Below are positions 26,894 through 37,325 of a stretch of DNA of 64,000 bases, one piece after another. The notes beneath the pieces were generated by a model. The model made no database searches. It was not told where the DNA came from and saw only the letters and a program-made list of their open reading frames with translations. The DNA comes from a virus. Made by a program: the position numbers and the translations under genes. The DNA is taken from IMG/VR virus record IMGVR_UViG_3300000313_000054. One strand, given 5' to 3'. Position 1 is the first letter of the stretch; every line of letters starts with the position of its first letter.

Positions 26894-27082
26894 ATGGTTT
26901 TTATAATTGGGTTTATATTTTTCATCTTGTGCTTAGTTCTCTTTCCTGGTATCAATACTGTAACTGGCTCAGTTGATACTACAGGTTGGACTACTATTCA
27001 ACAAGCAGAACATGTCGTAATACCTTTTCTGTTTTTGTTTGGTATAATATTATTTATTTGGTTCGTTAGAAGAAAGGACTAA
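26894..27082 (+). CDS. small two-TM membrane protein
   Basis: 62 aa. Confidence 0.5.
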   Translation: MVFIIGFIFFILCLVLFPGINTVTGSVDTTGWTTIQQAEHVVIPFLFLFGIILFIWFVRRKD

Positions 27083-27085
27083 AAT

Positions 27086-28594
27086 ATGAGAAAGATTTTT
27101 AGATTATTTCTAGTTGCTTTGATTGTAGGAATTTTAATTGTGCCTACATTTTTTCCTGTATCTATTAGTGGTGCAGACGCTACATTAAAAGAGTATCTTA
27201 ATACAGGTGGAGATGCGAACAGTAGTGCAATATGGGGTTTGGATATTGTTGCACAACAATTCACCTCTAATTCTACGGCACATACTGTAACTAAAATCAA
27301 AGTCTATTTACAAAGAAATGCTGGCGGTAGTCCTGGTACTGTGACGTTAGGATTGTACAATGCTTCAGCAGGAACTCCAACAGGTGATTACCTAGCATAT
27401 GGAACGATCAACGGGAACTCGTTACCAACTTCATATGTCTTAGCGACTTTCACAATGAATGTAGAGGTTGCTTTAAATTCAGCAACTCAGTATGCTATTG
27501 TAGTTAGTGCAGAGAATGGAACAGGTGCTAACTATGTAAATTGGTGGCAGGATTCAGGTGGTGGATTGGCAAATGCAGTAGCTTCTCATTCAACAAATGC
27601 TGGTGCAACGTGGACAAGTGATACACCTGCTGATTGTTTGTTTGAGGTTTGGGGTAATACAGTTTTAGCAATCTCTAGTGTAAAAGTATTCCTTAATTAT
27701 ATTCCAGAAAATGCTGCCTCAGTTGGTGGTACTACCTATTATGATTGGTTAATATGTGCAGAAGTAGTCAACGACTATCCACCGTATGCTCAAAATAAAT
27801 CTAATCCAAGCCAGTATTTTGCAGTACAATTATTAGACCCAACAGGAACTACAATAATAGCGTCTGTTCCAATGGTTTCATTTGGTGATTTTCCAGAAAG
27901 TATTTATTTAACAGGTAACTCCACTACTTCATTAACAGTGAGCGGTGCTTACATCTTTAGAGTGATTGGTACGTTTCCGTTACCACCTAGTGTAAGTTAT
28001 ACAATACAATCTGGTGATTGGCAAGGAAACTTAGTTTCAAATAAGTACGCACACTTCAACGATTGGGTAATAGGTACAGCACAAAATATGGAAACATATT
28101 ATGGATTGTCAGGAAGTAGTGCTCTGGCTACTTTAATAACAGGGTTGGGTTGGTCATTAACTTCATCAGGTGGTGCTTATTTCACAATAGCAATACCTGG
28201 TATTATGGATAAAGACCCTAACTTATTCCAGTACGCTAAAACAAAACCACAATTTGAAATAGGAACAGATGCGACAATCTATTATTCAGAAATAGACTTT
28301 GAAAACAAAGTAGGAATTCAGATTACAAACATTTGTACTACCTTTGGAACTTTATTCGGATTAAGTGGTAAAGATTTTGCAGGGTATGTACTATCGGCTA
28401 TTATAGCAATTATTGTTGTAATAGGATTGTTTGCAGGGGAAAGTGCAGGTGCTTTAGCAATTATGGTTGTAGGTGGTATCCCGCTTTTACTTTTAGGTAA
28501 TTATATTAATGCTATAGGGATTCAATGGACTTTAGTTTTCTCAGGGCTAATGTTATTCTTATTTGCAAGGCAGTTTTATCTTAAAGTACAATAG
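27086..28594 (+). CDS. secreted/surface protein with signal peptide and C-terminal TM helices
   Basis: 502 aa; Gly/Thr/Ser-rich beta-type body. Confidence 0.65.
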   Translation: MRKIFRLFLVALIVGILIVPTFFPVSISGADATLKEYLNTGGDANSSAIWGLDIVAQQFTSNSTAHTVTKIKVYLQRNAGGSPGTVTLGLYNASAGTPTGDYLAYGTINGNSLPTSYVLATFTMNVEVALNSATQYAIVVSAENGTGANYVNWWQDSGGGLANAVASHSTNAGATWTSDTPADCLFEVWGNTVLAISSVKVFLNYIPENAASVGGTTYYDWLICAEVVNDYPPYAQNKSNPSQYFAVQLLDPTGTTIIASVPMVSFGDFPESIYLTGNSTTSLTVSGAYIFRVIGTFPLPPSVSYTIQSGDWQGNLVSNKYAHFNDWVIGTAQNMETYYGLSGSSALATLITGLGWSLTSSGGAYFTIAIPGIMDKDPNLFQYAKTKPQFEIGTDATIYYSEIDFENKVGIQITNICTTFGTLFGLSGKDFAGYVLSAIIAIIVVIGLFAGESAGALAIMVVGGIPLLLLGNYINAIGIQWTLVFSGLMLFLFARQFYLKVQ

Positions 28595-28611
28595 GAGAGA
28601 TTATGATAAAA

Positions 28612-28752
28612 TCAGAGTTTGAGAAAGCATTAAAAACAAAAGGGACTAAAGTAAAATCTTTAATTCAGGATGTCAATGAGTTGGCTAAGTTTGTTAATTT
28701 GTATCAATCAGAAACTTTAGAAGTAACCAAAGACGATATAAATCATAATTAA
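28612..28752 (+). CDS. hypothetical small protein (46 aa)
   Basis: ATG ORF filling the intergenic gap. Confidence 0.35.
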   Translation, partial: SEFEKALKTKGTKVKSLIQDVNELAKFVNLYQSETLEVTKDDINHN

Positions 28753-28753
28753 C

Positions 28754-29218
28754 ATGAAGAAAGTATTTTTATACTCAATAATTACAATAGTAACCTTGAT
28801 TTTATCATTGACTATTTTGCATGAGATTGGACATTGGTTATCAGCATTAGTATTCTATCATGCTCATGGTCAGTTAGCATTCTTTCGAGGTTGGGCGGTA
28901 GGAATTTATTCTACCACTGATGATGTAGGAAGTGTAGTCTATTATTCAGGTGGAATTTTTGCATCGCTAGTGGTACTACCATTTGTTTTTGTAAAGTTAC
29001 CGATTTATATTAGGGCTATCATATTAAATTTCTGTTGCCTTTCATTTTGTATGGGTATTGCCGAAGGGATAGGAACTGATGCCTACTCTAATCCAATAGT
29101 TGTTATAGCATCAGTTTTATTAGCATGCAGTATAGTTATAATTTACTTGTACACTAGAATGGACAGAGCTATAGTTAGAAGTAGGGAGATTATATGTTTA
29201 AGAAAATCATCGGAATAG
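28754..29218 (+). CDS. polytopic membrane protein with HExxH motif (intramembrane metalloprotease-like)
   Basis: LTILHEIGHWLSALVFYHAHG in first TM; 154 aa. Confidence 0.45.
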   Translation: MKKVFLYSIITIVTLILSLTILHEIGHWLSALVFYHAHGQLAFFRGWAVGIYSTTDDVGSVVYYSGGIFASLVVLPFVFVKLPIYIRAIILNFCCLSFCMGIAEGIGTDAYSNPIVVIASVLLACSIVIIYLYTRMDRAIVRSREIICLRKSSE

Positions 29219-31779
29219 TGTTTGTAGTTTTTATTATTGGTGTACTGTGTTTAAGTGTGATACCAATTTCAGCTAATACAAATACTTCACAGTATAAGAT
29301 AGGTGATACCAAAGTATTGCCATCAGGTGATATAGCAACTGTAGTTGGATTTACAAAAGATGGTTCAGTTGAATGGAATGTACATCTCGGAATAATGAAA
29401 TCAGACCAACAAATTACCAATCCAAATTATACAATTACGAATAACTATACCACAAGTGCTAGTGATGGATTTATTAGTGAAACAGGTGGTATTATGGGAG
29501 GTTTTGCTCCAAATCCTGCTACAGCATGGTCAACCGCTTATAATGGTACAGGAACGGATTCTGGTGGAGCATTAACACTAACTGCTTTTACAGCTAATCC
29601 CACTAATCAAGTGAAAATGTCCACACTTGAAACTGGTGCTGGTGCAGCGATATCGTCTATAAGTAAGTCATATTTATATTTTAATACTACTGCGTTAATT
29701 TCAGGTGTAACTATTAATTCAGCATCATTAAATTTATATTGTACAGCTTATAGTGCGACTGTTAGTTCATGGTCTATGGGTGTATATCAAAATATGAACA
29801 CGTATCCACACGACCCATTAGTAGCTGGGGATTATTACCAAACTATATATGGCACTACAAATGGCGGAACTTGGCCTAGTTCGTCAATGACTGCTAGTGC
29901 AAATAATTCAATTAGTTTAAATGCAACTGGTCTTACTTGGATAAATAAAGGTGGAATAACAAAGTTTGCATTAATAGACGCTACTAATACTGCGGTTAAT
30001 AGTCAACCTACTTATATTGCGGATTCAGTTCTTAGGTCTAATTACTTTGTCTTTAATTCATCTGAAGCTGGTTCAAACCAACCGTATCTATCAGTAACTT
30101 TTACAGCAATATCACCTACAATATCTTCATCAGCAGTTTCAAACTTAGCTAATACAACTGCTCAATTAAATGCTAATGTAACCAGTGATGGTGGTGATAC
30201 GGCAGCTTGTCAAGTAAGTTGGGGTTACGGTACAACTTCTCAAACAGCAGCAAACTTTGCATCTTATGACCATGTAACAGCATTCGCTGGAACGTATAGT
30301 ACAGGTGAAAATCCTTTTTATTCAGCATCAAGTTTGTTGGCAAATACGACCTATTATTATAGAGTTCAAATAAAGAACTCCGCAGGAACAACAACAAGTG
30401 CAACAGAGCAAACGTTTACTACCTACAATACGTTGTCGTACATTACAAACTTTAATGGAACACCAACAAACGACCAGATAAGTTTAAATTGGGTCAAAGC
30501 AACTGGTTCATCGAGCACATATATTTATAGACAGAATACACCTTTCGTAAGTGCTACACCAACATTAACAAATGGAACTGGTACAGCAACAGGAAGTCCA
30601 GTAACCTTAGTGAATGGAAGTAATACTATCACAGTTACAGGTGCAGGAACATTCTACGCATTAGGTGTTTATGGAACAGCAACCAGTGGTGGTGCAACAT
30701 TAAGTGGAAGTCCAGTAACACTTGACGGTGGATATGACTTATTAGATACTGGTGCTACGACAGGAACATTTACAATAGATGTAACTTATATCAATCCCAA
30801 TCCTAATATAATTTACAATCCATCATTTGAAGTTGGAACACCACCTACAGGATGGACAGCTACAGGTGCAGGTGCGACATTTACAAGAAGTAATACTCAG
30901 GTAAAAGTAGGAACATACAGTGGTTCATTAGTAAGAAGTGGTGCTGATTGTACAATCTATTCAGTCATTCCAACTTACGCTAGTTATGCAAGTAAATCAG
31001 TAACATTAGGAATGTGGGTCTATGCTACAGTAGCCAGTAGAGCAAGAATTACAATCAATGATGGAGTAGGTACGACAAGTAGTTCTTATCATTCAGGGAC
31101 AGCAGGTTGGGAATGGTTGACAGTTACCAGAACGATTGACGCAAGTCCTACAAAATTATGGGCAGTAGGTGAAATCAATACTGACGATACAACTGCTTAC
31201 TTTGATTGGGCTGTACTTAATCAAGGTAGTGCGTTACCATCAACAGGAACTTTAATTTACTCAGATACAGCATCCACTTTTGAGGATGTTAGTTTGACAG
31301 TAGGTACGACTTATTACTATTCTGGATTTGGATATTCCAGTGGTATTTGGAGTCCATCACCAGTCTATTTAACTTTAACAACAGCAGGTGCTAATAGTAC
31401 TCCTTCTGGTGGTAACGCAGTTCCAACACCAGTATTACCAGCATCTTTTTATCAAGACCCTGATACAAGTGCTTCAAGCCCAATGTCAAATCTCGAACCA
31501 ATCTACAGCTTAGTAAAAGACGCAGCTACTTCATTAGGGATGACAACACCTGAACAGATAGGTACTCTTTGGGTAGTCATTGCGTTAGCAATAGTTGCGG
31601 TAATCGGTATGGTAATTTTAATTGGTACTAAGTCAGTAACAGGTGCTTTGTTTGTAATGTGTGTTATAATTAGTATCTTCTGTGGATTTAAAGTCTTGCC
31701 TTGGGAATACATTGCATTATTAATTCCTTGTGGGCTAGGCGTTTGGGCGACTCGTAAAGGTGAAGGAAACTCACTTTAA
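29194..31779 (+). CDS. large Ser/Thr-rich surface protein with FN3-like and carbohydrate-binding-like modules, C-terminal TM anchor
   Basis: signal peptide; NANVTSDGGDTAACQVSWGYGTTSQ FN3-like segments; C-terminal TM helices. Confidence 0.65.
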   Translation: MFKKIIGIVFVVFIIGVLCLSVIPISANTNTSQYKIGDTKVLPSGDIATVVGFTKDGSVEWNVHLGIMKSDQQITNPNYTITNNYTTSASDGFISETGGIMGGFAPNPATAWSTAYNGTGTDSGGALTLTAFTANPTNQVKMSTLETGAGAAISSISKSYLYFNTTALISGVTINSASLNLYCTAYSATVSSWSMGVYQNMNTYPHDPLVAGDYYQTIYGTTNGGTWPSSSMTASANNSISLNATGLTWINKGGITKFALIDATNTAVNSQPTYIADSVLRSNYFVFNSSEAGSNQPYLSVTFTAISPTISSSAVSNLANTTAQLNANVTSDGGDTAACQVSWGYGTTSQTAANFASYDHVTAFAGTYSTGENPFYSASSLLANTTYYYRVQIKNSAGTTTSATEQTFTTYNTLSYITNFNGTPTNDQISLNWVKATGSSSTYIYRQNTPFVSATPTLTNGTGTATGSPVTLVNGSNTITVTGAGTFYALGVYGTATSGGATLSGSPVTLDGGYDLLDTGATTGTFTIDVTYINPNPNIIYNPSFEVGTPPTGWTATGAGATFTRSNTQVKVGTYSGSLVRSGADCTIYSVIPTYASYASKSVTLGMWVYATVASRARITINDGVGTTSSSYHSGTAGWEWLTVTRTIDASPTKLWAVGEINTDDTTAYFDWAVLNQGSALPSTGTLIYSDTASTFEDVSLTVGTTYYYSGFGYSSGIWSPSPVYLTLTTAGANSTPSGGNAVPTPVLPASFYQDPDTSASSPMSNLEPIYSLVKDAATSLGMTTPEQIGTLWVVIALAIVAVIGMVILIGTKSVTGALFVMCVIISIFCGFKVLPWEYIALLIPCGLGVWATRKGEGNSL

Positions 31780-31793
31780 AGGAGAAAAAACTT

Positions 31794-32135
31794 ATGAAAT
31801 CTTGGGTTAGTGGTGTAGTATTTTTATACATCGGATTGCTATTTCTCTCTCTAATTGCAGAACATAGTTTGTCATTTGGTGTGACACAAATGAACATCTT
31901 TGATGAACTTATTAAACCACCAATTACAGACTTCAGTAATCCAGTTCAAGCTGTAACCTCTTTCGCTACAGATGTCGGACATTACGCCAAATTAATCATT
32001 CAAGTAATCTTTTTGTGGTTTCCTGATCTATGGGTGGGAAACTGGATTTGGTTTTACTATGTCGTTTGTTTCCCGATTACAGCAGGTATGGTATTTGGTA
32101 TTATCCAGATGTTAAGAGGCAACGTAATCGCATGA
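31794..32135 (+). CDS. membrane protein
   Basis: 113 aa. Confidence 0.55.
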   Translation: MKSWVSGVVFLYIGLLFLSLIAEHSLSFGVTQMNIFDELIKPPITDFSNPVQAVTSFATDVGHYAKLIIQVIFLWFPDLWVGNWIWFYYVVCFPITAGMVFGIIQMLRGNVIA

Positions 32136-32143
32136 AATAACTA

Positions 32144-32172
32144 TTGACACGATTGGCTAGTAGTGGTAATAT
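32144..32172 (+). promoter_or_regulatory. sigma-70 promoter TTGACA-17-TGgTAATAT
   Basis: -35 at 32144-32149, -10 at 32167-32172. Confidence 0.65.
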
Positions 32173-32196
32173 GTATATATAGAAAGGAGCAAGTAA

Positions 32197-32343
32197 ATGG
32201 AGTCCATGAGGTCAATTAAAATAATAGTTGAAGTTGATACCAATAAGCAGACATATTTTAAGACTTTTGAGTCAGGTGATTGTGAGACTTTTCAAGAAGT
32301 AATCGACAAAGCTAATGAGTACGCTCAAAATTTTAATAAATAA
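32197..32343 (+). CDS. small protein (48 aa); distant paralog of CDS 33661-33822
   Basis: RBS aaaggag; shared IVxEIxTNK...TF...FQEAxEY pattern. Confidence 0.45.
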   Translation: MESMRSIKIIVEVDTNKQTYFKTFESGDCETFQEVIDKANEYAQNFNK

Positions 32344-32345
32344 AG

Positions 32346-32730
32346 ATGATTGCATATTTAATACTTGCGTTCCTTGCTATTTGTGCGATAGGAGTTTTAG
32401 TAGCAGTTTTTATGGATTTCAGAAAGTAAAAGGGTGAGGAGTAAAGATGGTTAGATGGATTAAAATTCACAAAAGCGATATAACAGTATTAGGTTTGATT
32501 TTAGTTTTTATTTTGATGATGGTAGTGTACATTTTGGTGTTTGGTACTCCAATGATAATAACTCAGATGTAGTGAATATCAGTATTTACGGAGTAAAAAT
32601 GGTAAATATTAAAATTGAGAGATGGACTAAGGTTGTTTTAATACTTGTTGGGCTATATTTCTTTGCTTTGGTTACGTATGGTTTTTATCAATCAGTGGAG
32701 TTAGCATTAAAAAATTTATCTAATACGTAG
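32346..32730 (+). other. run of three tiny single-TM peptide ORFs (27, 41 and 43 aa)
   Basis: ATG ORFs at 32346, 32447 and 32599 each encode one hydrophobic helix. Confidence 0.3.
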
Positions 32731-32769
32731 TTAGGTAGTTTTTAAAAATAAAGAGAGGTACATTTTTAA

Positions 32770-33105
32770 GTGGCTATTTGGGGTGTTATAATAATATTGG
32801 CGTTAGTAATAGCGTGTTTAGTTGTTAATAAATATTACTTTAATAACCAAAATAAAAATCTATACAGAATAGAAGGTGTGATAATAGATAAATGTCATAG
32901 TGATGGTTATTTACAGATGTTACCGATGCCAAATTGTATGTTCATACCTATATACCATCCAGAAGTATGGTTTTTAGAGATAGAATTTAAAAGTTTTAGA
33001 AATGGCAGAATGAAGAAATTTGAATTAAAAAAGACAGAAGAATCATTAAAAAGTTACAGAATAGGCGATAAAATAAAGATAGTTGTTAGGTGGAAGGATG
33101 CGTAA
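32770..33105 (+). CDS. N-terminally anchored hypothetical protein
   Basis: GTG start in ORF track; 111 aa. Confidence 0.45.
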   Translation: MAIWGVIIILALVIACLVVNKYYFNNQNKNLYRIEGVIIDKCHSDGYLQMLPMPNCMFIPIYHPEVWFLEIEFKSFRNGRMKKFELKKTEESLKSYRIGDKIKIVVRWKDA

Positions 33106-33328
33106 GTTAAATGTAAAGAGATTACTAATTGTCTTAGGTATTATTTGTGGGGTTGGAGTATGGATTTTAATTGGTAGATTATTAAGTTCAAACACATGGA
33201 TTCATAGTTCGGGTGATAAAGTCCCATATTGTGTATCTTACGGATTTATTTCTATAGTATTTATTGGTGTGGTTATAATAGTTGGTTGTGAAATTTATAA
33301 ATTAGTTGGTTGGTTATTTTCTAAATAG
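33083..33328 (+). CDS. small polytopic membrane protein; paralog of CDS 3762-4010
   Basis: about 88 percent DNA identity over cgtaagttaaat..attgtcttaggtatt. Confidence 0.6.
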   Translation: MLGGRMRKLNVKRLLIVLGIICGVGVWILIGRLLSSNTWIHSSGDKVPYCVSYGFISIVFIGVVIIVGCEIYKLVGWLFSK

Positions 33329-33391
33329 AATGGTTGAGTTTATTAGATGGGTGAAAGGTAAATTTGATAAGAAAAAGGGTTAGGAGTAAAG

Positions 33392-33607
33392 ATGGATGAT
33401 ATTCAAGAGTTAATTGACGGTAAAGGGATAATCGAAACACAAAAAATATACCATATATCAGGTAGCCAACTTAGTGAACTCATGCTAACATGGAAAAAGG
33501 CAGGTAATGTAGAAGCATCAATGATGTCTAAGATATTGCGTTATAATGGATTGACAGATATGGATAGTAACTTTAATAATGGATATGGAAGAATCGAGAT
33601 GATGTAA
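33392..33607 (+). CDS. hypothetical protein
   Basis: 71 aa, RBS aggag. Confidence 0.5.
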   Translation: MDDIQELIDGKGIIETQKIYHISGSQLSELMLTWKKAGNVEASMMSKILRYNGLTDMDSNFNNGYGRIEMM

Positions 33608-33660
33608 TCTATGACGAATAAAATAGAATTATATAAATGATAGAAGTGTAAGGAGAATAT

Positions 33661-33822
33661 ATGTCGGAGAGTTTAAGGGATTTTACTTTTAAAATTGTGA
33701 TTGAGATAGAGACAAATAAAGCGGGCTATAATCCTACCTTTGTTACACACACTAATTCAGAAGAGGAAATAGAAAGGGTGTTCCAAGAAGCAAAGGAGTA
33801 TATCTATGGGAGAGGTTTTTAA
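33661..33822 (+). CDS. small protein (53 aa)
   Basis: RBS aaggagaa. Confidence 0.45.
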   Translation: MSESLRDFTFKIVIEIETNKAGYNPTFVTHTNSEEEIERVFQEAKEYIYGRGF

Positions 33823-33844
33823 TAAAAAGTAAGGAGAAAAGAAG

Positions 33845-34189
33845 TTGGCATTACAAGCATTGAGAAAACCGATTCAGATTAAGAAACCGTTGAGTGACAT
33901 TGATAGAAGTGAGTTGCTAAAAGAAATTGTAGAAGCAGACGCACTAATTAACAAGGTGTCTGAAGAACTGAAAGCACATAAAGATGCAGTTAAAAACATC
34001 GTTGACCAACAGCAAGAGATTATGAGTAAGAATTATGCAATTGCTAGGTCTGGTTACGTATTAAAAAATATTGAAGTTGACATTACTTACATAGATAAAA
34101 AGGAGATATTTACAGACTCTAATGGAGAAATTGTAGACCCTACTATAATTGTTTCAGAACAACAACTTGACTTAGGAGATGATGAATAA
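33845..34189 (+). CDS. hypothetical protein
   Basis: TTG start after AGGAG; 114 aa. Confidence 0.5.
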   Translation: MALQALRKPIQIKKPLSDIDRSELLKEIVEADALINKVSEELKAHKDAVKNIVDQQQEIMSKNYAIARSGYVLKNIEVDITYIDKKEIFTDSNGEIVDPTIIVSEQQLDLGDDE

Positions 34190-34404
34190 TGCCAGCCTGC
34201 AAGCTATGTTTCTTTTGTAAGAACCTTGACAGCATTACATTTAATTTGGATTCCAAGAAAACTGAGGGTTGTGTATGCCTTGCCGATAAGTTCAACGAAG
34301 GTCTAATTATCGGTTATTATTCCAGAGCCAATCTTTTAAAGTCTAAAGATATTGCAGAAGATTGTGACAAATTCAAAGATAGGTTCGACAAGACAGTTAA
34401 ATAG
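34189..34404 (+). CDS. Cys-rich small protein (CKLCFFC...CVC)
   Basis: 71 aa. Confidence 0.5.
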   Translation: MPACKLCFFCKNLDSITFNLDSKKTEGCVCLADKFNEGLIIGYYSRANLLKSKDIAEDCDKFKDRFDKTVK

Positions 34405-34437
34405 ATTCACTTTTGAATCGTTAGTTGGAGGAAGTAT

Positions 34438-34983
34438 TTGAACTCACAGATTATGATGTTAGTGGCTTTTGCGATATTAGCCATGATGGGTTGGTATGCC
34501 AATTACTCGATGAGAGATAAAATACTAATTTACTACAATCGAGAAAATAAAACACAGATAACACGATGGGTAAAAATGAAAGGTCGGTACGTCATCTTTG
34601 ATAATAAAAAGTTTGACATCATACCGAGTAGTATAGTCTTTAGATATTATAACGGTGGTTTAATTTATTGGCTGTTCCCTCAATGGGTAGCAACATTATT
34701 TTACAGTCATAATTCAAGATTTCCACATAATCCAAATAACTTAGAGGTCAATGCAGAAACACCAGAAGTTAGGAACGCAATCAATAGAAATGAAATGTTC
34801 TTATCATACGCTAAGAGTAGTAAACCTGCTCAGTCAAAGGGTGGTAGACAAGGATTCTTAGATAAGTGGTTGCCAACTATTATTGCACTTGTAGCAGTTG
34901 GGTTAGTATTCTGGTACTTTAATTCTAAGATGTCAGGTTTCGGACAAGTACTCGATCAAGTTGTTTCTAAATTACCCAAATAA
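34438..34983 (+). CDS. membrane protein (N- and C-terminal TM helices)
   Basis: TTG start 8 nt after GGAGG. Confidence 0.55.
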   Translation: MNSQIMMLVAFAILAMMGWYANYSMRDKILIYYNRENKTQITRWVKMKGRYVIFDNKKFDIIPSSIVFRYYNGGLIYWLFPQWVATLFYSHNSRFPHNPNNLEVNAETPEVRNAINRNEMFLSYAKSSKPAQSKGGRQGFLDKWLPTIIALVAVGLVFWYFNSKMSGFGQVLDQVVSKLPK

Positions 34984-34992
34984 GAGGTTTAA

Positions 34993-35463
34993 ATGGCTGA
35001 TAAAGACGAAGAATTAGATGATTTAGAAGATGAGAAAGTTCCAAACTATGAGGACTTAGTAACTTTAGAACCAGAACGTGAAGTTACTGTAGATAATTAT
35101 ACTCCACCTTCTAAAACTATAGACGAAGAAGAAGAATCTAGTGACCGATTGACTGATAAACAAGCGGTTATGAAACTTTTATATCCTAAGTATCACGATG
35201 ATGAATTAGATGAATTAGCTAGGTCTGCTGTAACATCCAGAATCTTCTCAGATAACTTCATAGATAAGATGAATATGATTGCACTAACACGTATTGAAAA
35301 ACATATCTACGACAAAGACTACGACTTAATTTTTGACTTAAATAAAATACAAGACTTTCTTTCAAGAGGATATGAAGGGCGTGGGATTGCAGACTTGTTG
35401 GAACTTGCTGGTGCTGAAACTTCAGAAGAATTGGATAAAATTTCTCAGAGTTTAGGACTGTAA
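34993..35463 (+). CDS. highly acidic protein
   Basis: 156 aa, D/E-rich N-terminus. Confidence 0.55.
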   Translation: MADKDEELDDLEDEKVPNYEDLVTLEPEREVTVDNYTPPSKTIDEEEESSDRLTDKQAVMKLLYPKYHDDELDELARSAVTSRIFSDNFIDKMNMIALTRIEKHIYDKDYDLIFDLNKIQDFLSRGYEGRGIADLLELAGAETSEELDKISQSLGL

Positions 35464-35466
35464 AAT

Positions 35467-36198
35467 ATGGTTCAAGAACTAAAAGAAAAAGACATTATAG
35501 AACCTGAAATAGATTTATCAAGTGATGATGTGTCTTTTGCAGAGGCACACGTACAAATTATTCAGGGCAGCCAGCGTGGGGGCAAAACTTGCCTGGCGGT
35601 TGGGAAAGTCGTTAGTGCTTATCATAGGGACTGTGTTAGAATCTTTTGCAAGAAAGTTTTAAAAATGGAATGTGAAGTCAAGGCGTATTATCCTAAAGAC
35701 AGAGTTGCTAAAGTAAAAGTAGATGGGAAAGAAAAGTACATCCGTATTCCAGAAGATTATGAACTGAAATCGCCAATGAGAATTTTCTCTAACATTCATT
35801 TGTACGGTATTCCGTATGTTTACGTACCATCTTTTGTAGTAATGGAAAGATGGTTGAGGATTGGTTTTATTTGTAACGGTTGGTTGATAATGGATGAAGC
35901 CCATGTTGGAATGGGAGCAAGAAACGGACAATCAAAATTAGGTCGTGGATTAGTTACTCAGTGTATGCAATTCGGTAAGTCTAAATTAGAAGTTATGATG
36001 ATTACTCATATGCCACGACTTATTGATTGGGTAGGCAGAACAATTCCCACAAAAGCAGTAGATTGCTCGTATGACGAAAAGACTAGGACAATTAATTTTA
36101 CACTGAAAGAAAAAGGACAAACGGGTACTTCAGAACACAGTTTCGATGCTACTCAGTACTGGCCTTATTATAAAACCAACGAAAAAGTCAATAAGTAG
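35467..36198 (+). CDS. P-loop NTPase (Walker A GSQRGGKT, Walker B LIMDEAH); packaging/Zot-like ATPase candidate
   Basis: motifs read directly; 243 aa, no nuclease domain. Confidence 0.55.
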   Translation: MVQELKEKDIIEPEIDLSSDDVSFAEAHVQIIQGSQRGGKTCLAVGKVVSAYHRDCVRIFCKKVLKMECEVKAYYPKDRVAKVKVDGKEKYIRIPEDYELKSPMRIFSNIHLYGIPYVYVPSFVVMERWLRIGFICNGWLIMDEAHVGMGARNGQSKLGRGLVTQCMQFGKSKLEVMMITHMPRLIDWVGRTIPTKAVDCSYDEKTRTINFTLKEKGQTGTSEHSFDATQYWPYYKTNEKVNK

Positions 36199-36207
36199 GT
36201 GGTCTAA

Positions 36208-37176
36208 ATGAAGAAAAGAATTGGCGTAATTGTAATTAGTTTACTTTTAATACTTGCGTTTGCAGGTTGTGACCAAGCGAATCCGATGCATATTGCACCA
36301 ACACCGTTACCTGTATTACTTCAAACGCCTGTTCCAACTGTTCCAGTTACGGGAAATGTAAATGCGGTTATTATTACACCTTTACCAACTATCCCTGTTA
36401 ATATAAATGGAGTTACGATACAGGATTCAGGAGTACCTGCCATTCCGTATTATTATTTAATAGCGGATGGTAAAGTAGCGAATCATGTTCCTTGGGACGA
36501 TCTAGGATATTTAGGTTCTGCTTCAACCTCATCTTTAACAGTTTGGGATGGTGCTACTCAATACGTCTATCCTACAGTCCAACAACGGATGGAAATAGTA
36601 AGTTCGTCTGCAAACGATACGTTAGCTGGAACGGGTATTCAAAAAGTCAAGATTTATTATCTAGATGCGACAGGTGCAGAATTTACAGAAATAGTTTCAA
36701 TGAGTGGAACTACACCAGTAAGTACAGTCGCTACAAATATCTATCGAATTAATGACTTTGTTGCTTCACAAGTCGGTACAAATGGAATGTCAGTTGGGAA
36801 TATTGTTATAAGAAATCTTGCAACCACGCCAGTCTATTCGGAAATAGCAGCAGGTTATACAAGAGATAGAAGCGTAATTTATACAGTTCCAAAAGGTAAA
36901 ACACTATTCGTTACAAGTATGACATTTGGATGTGTTTATACTACATCAGGGAAGTCTGAAAGATTCACATTCTTAGGAACTTATGACGATCTTGGTGGAA
37001 CATTACTAAATTTCTTCGTACCTTACGCTGAAACTGTATTGGTTGATAATTCTATTGTCAGAACATTTGAAGTTCCGTTTAAATTACCATCATTAACAGA
37101 TATAAAAGTCAATGTTGTTGGTGAAACAAATGCTCAATGTGCTGTCGTTGCTAGGGGTTGGTTACAACCTAATTAG
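36208..37176 (+). CDS. lipoprotein (lipobox LAFAGC) with Pro/Thr-rich N-terminal region
   Basis: MKKRIGVIVISLLLILAFAGC signal. Confidence 0.65.
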   Translation: MKKRIGVIVISLLLILAFAGCDQANPMHIAPTPLPVLLQTPVPTVPVTGNVNAVIITPLPTIPVNINGVTIQDSGVPAIPYYYLIADGKVANHVPWDDLGYLGSASTSSLTVWDGATQYVYPTVQQRMEIVSSSANDTLAGTGIQKVKIYYLDATGAEFTEIVSMSGTTPVSTVATNIYRINDFVASQVGTNGMSVGNIVIRNLATTPVYSEIAAGYTRDRSVIYTVPKGKTLFVTSMTFGCVYTTSGKSERFTFLGTYDDLGGTLLNFFVPYAETVLVDNSIVRTFEVPFKLPSLTDIKVNVVGETNAQCAVVARGWLQPN

Positions 37177-37325
37177 GGTTGTGATAAAAATAAAAGAAAG
37201 GAGGTTAGCTAAGTCCTGATATTAGTGGTACACAAAAACAGTGATGTCGTAAAGCTGAAAATTGCGACAAATAAAAATTAAATAAACAACTTTAGGGAAG
37301 TAAAATCAATTTTCTTTAGCAAGGT

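Noticed and set aside
36492-36752. + strand ORF 36492-36752 and 52159-52506 in alternate frames
   Set aside because: Nested in other frames of the lipoprotein and GtrC-like genes with no start signals.
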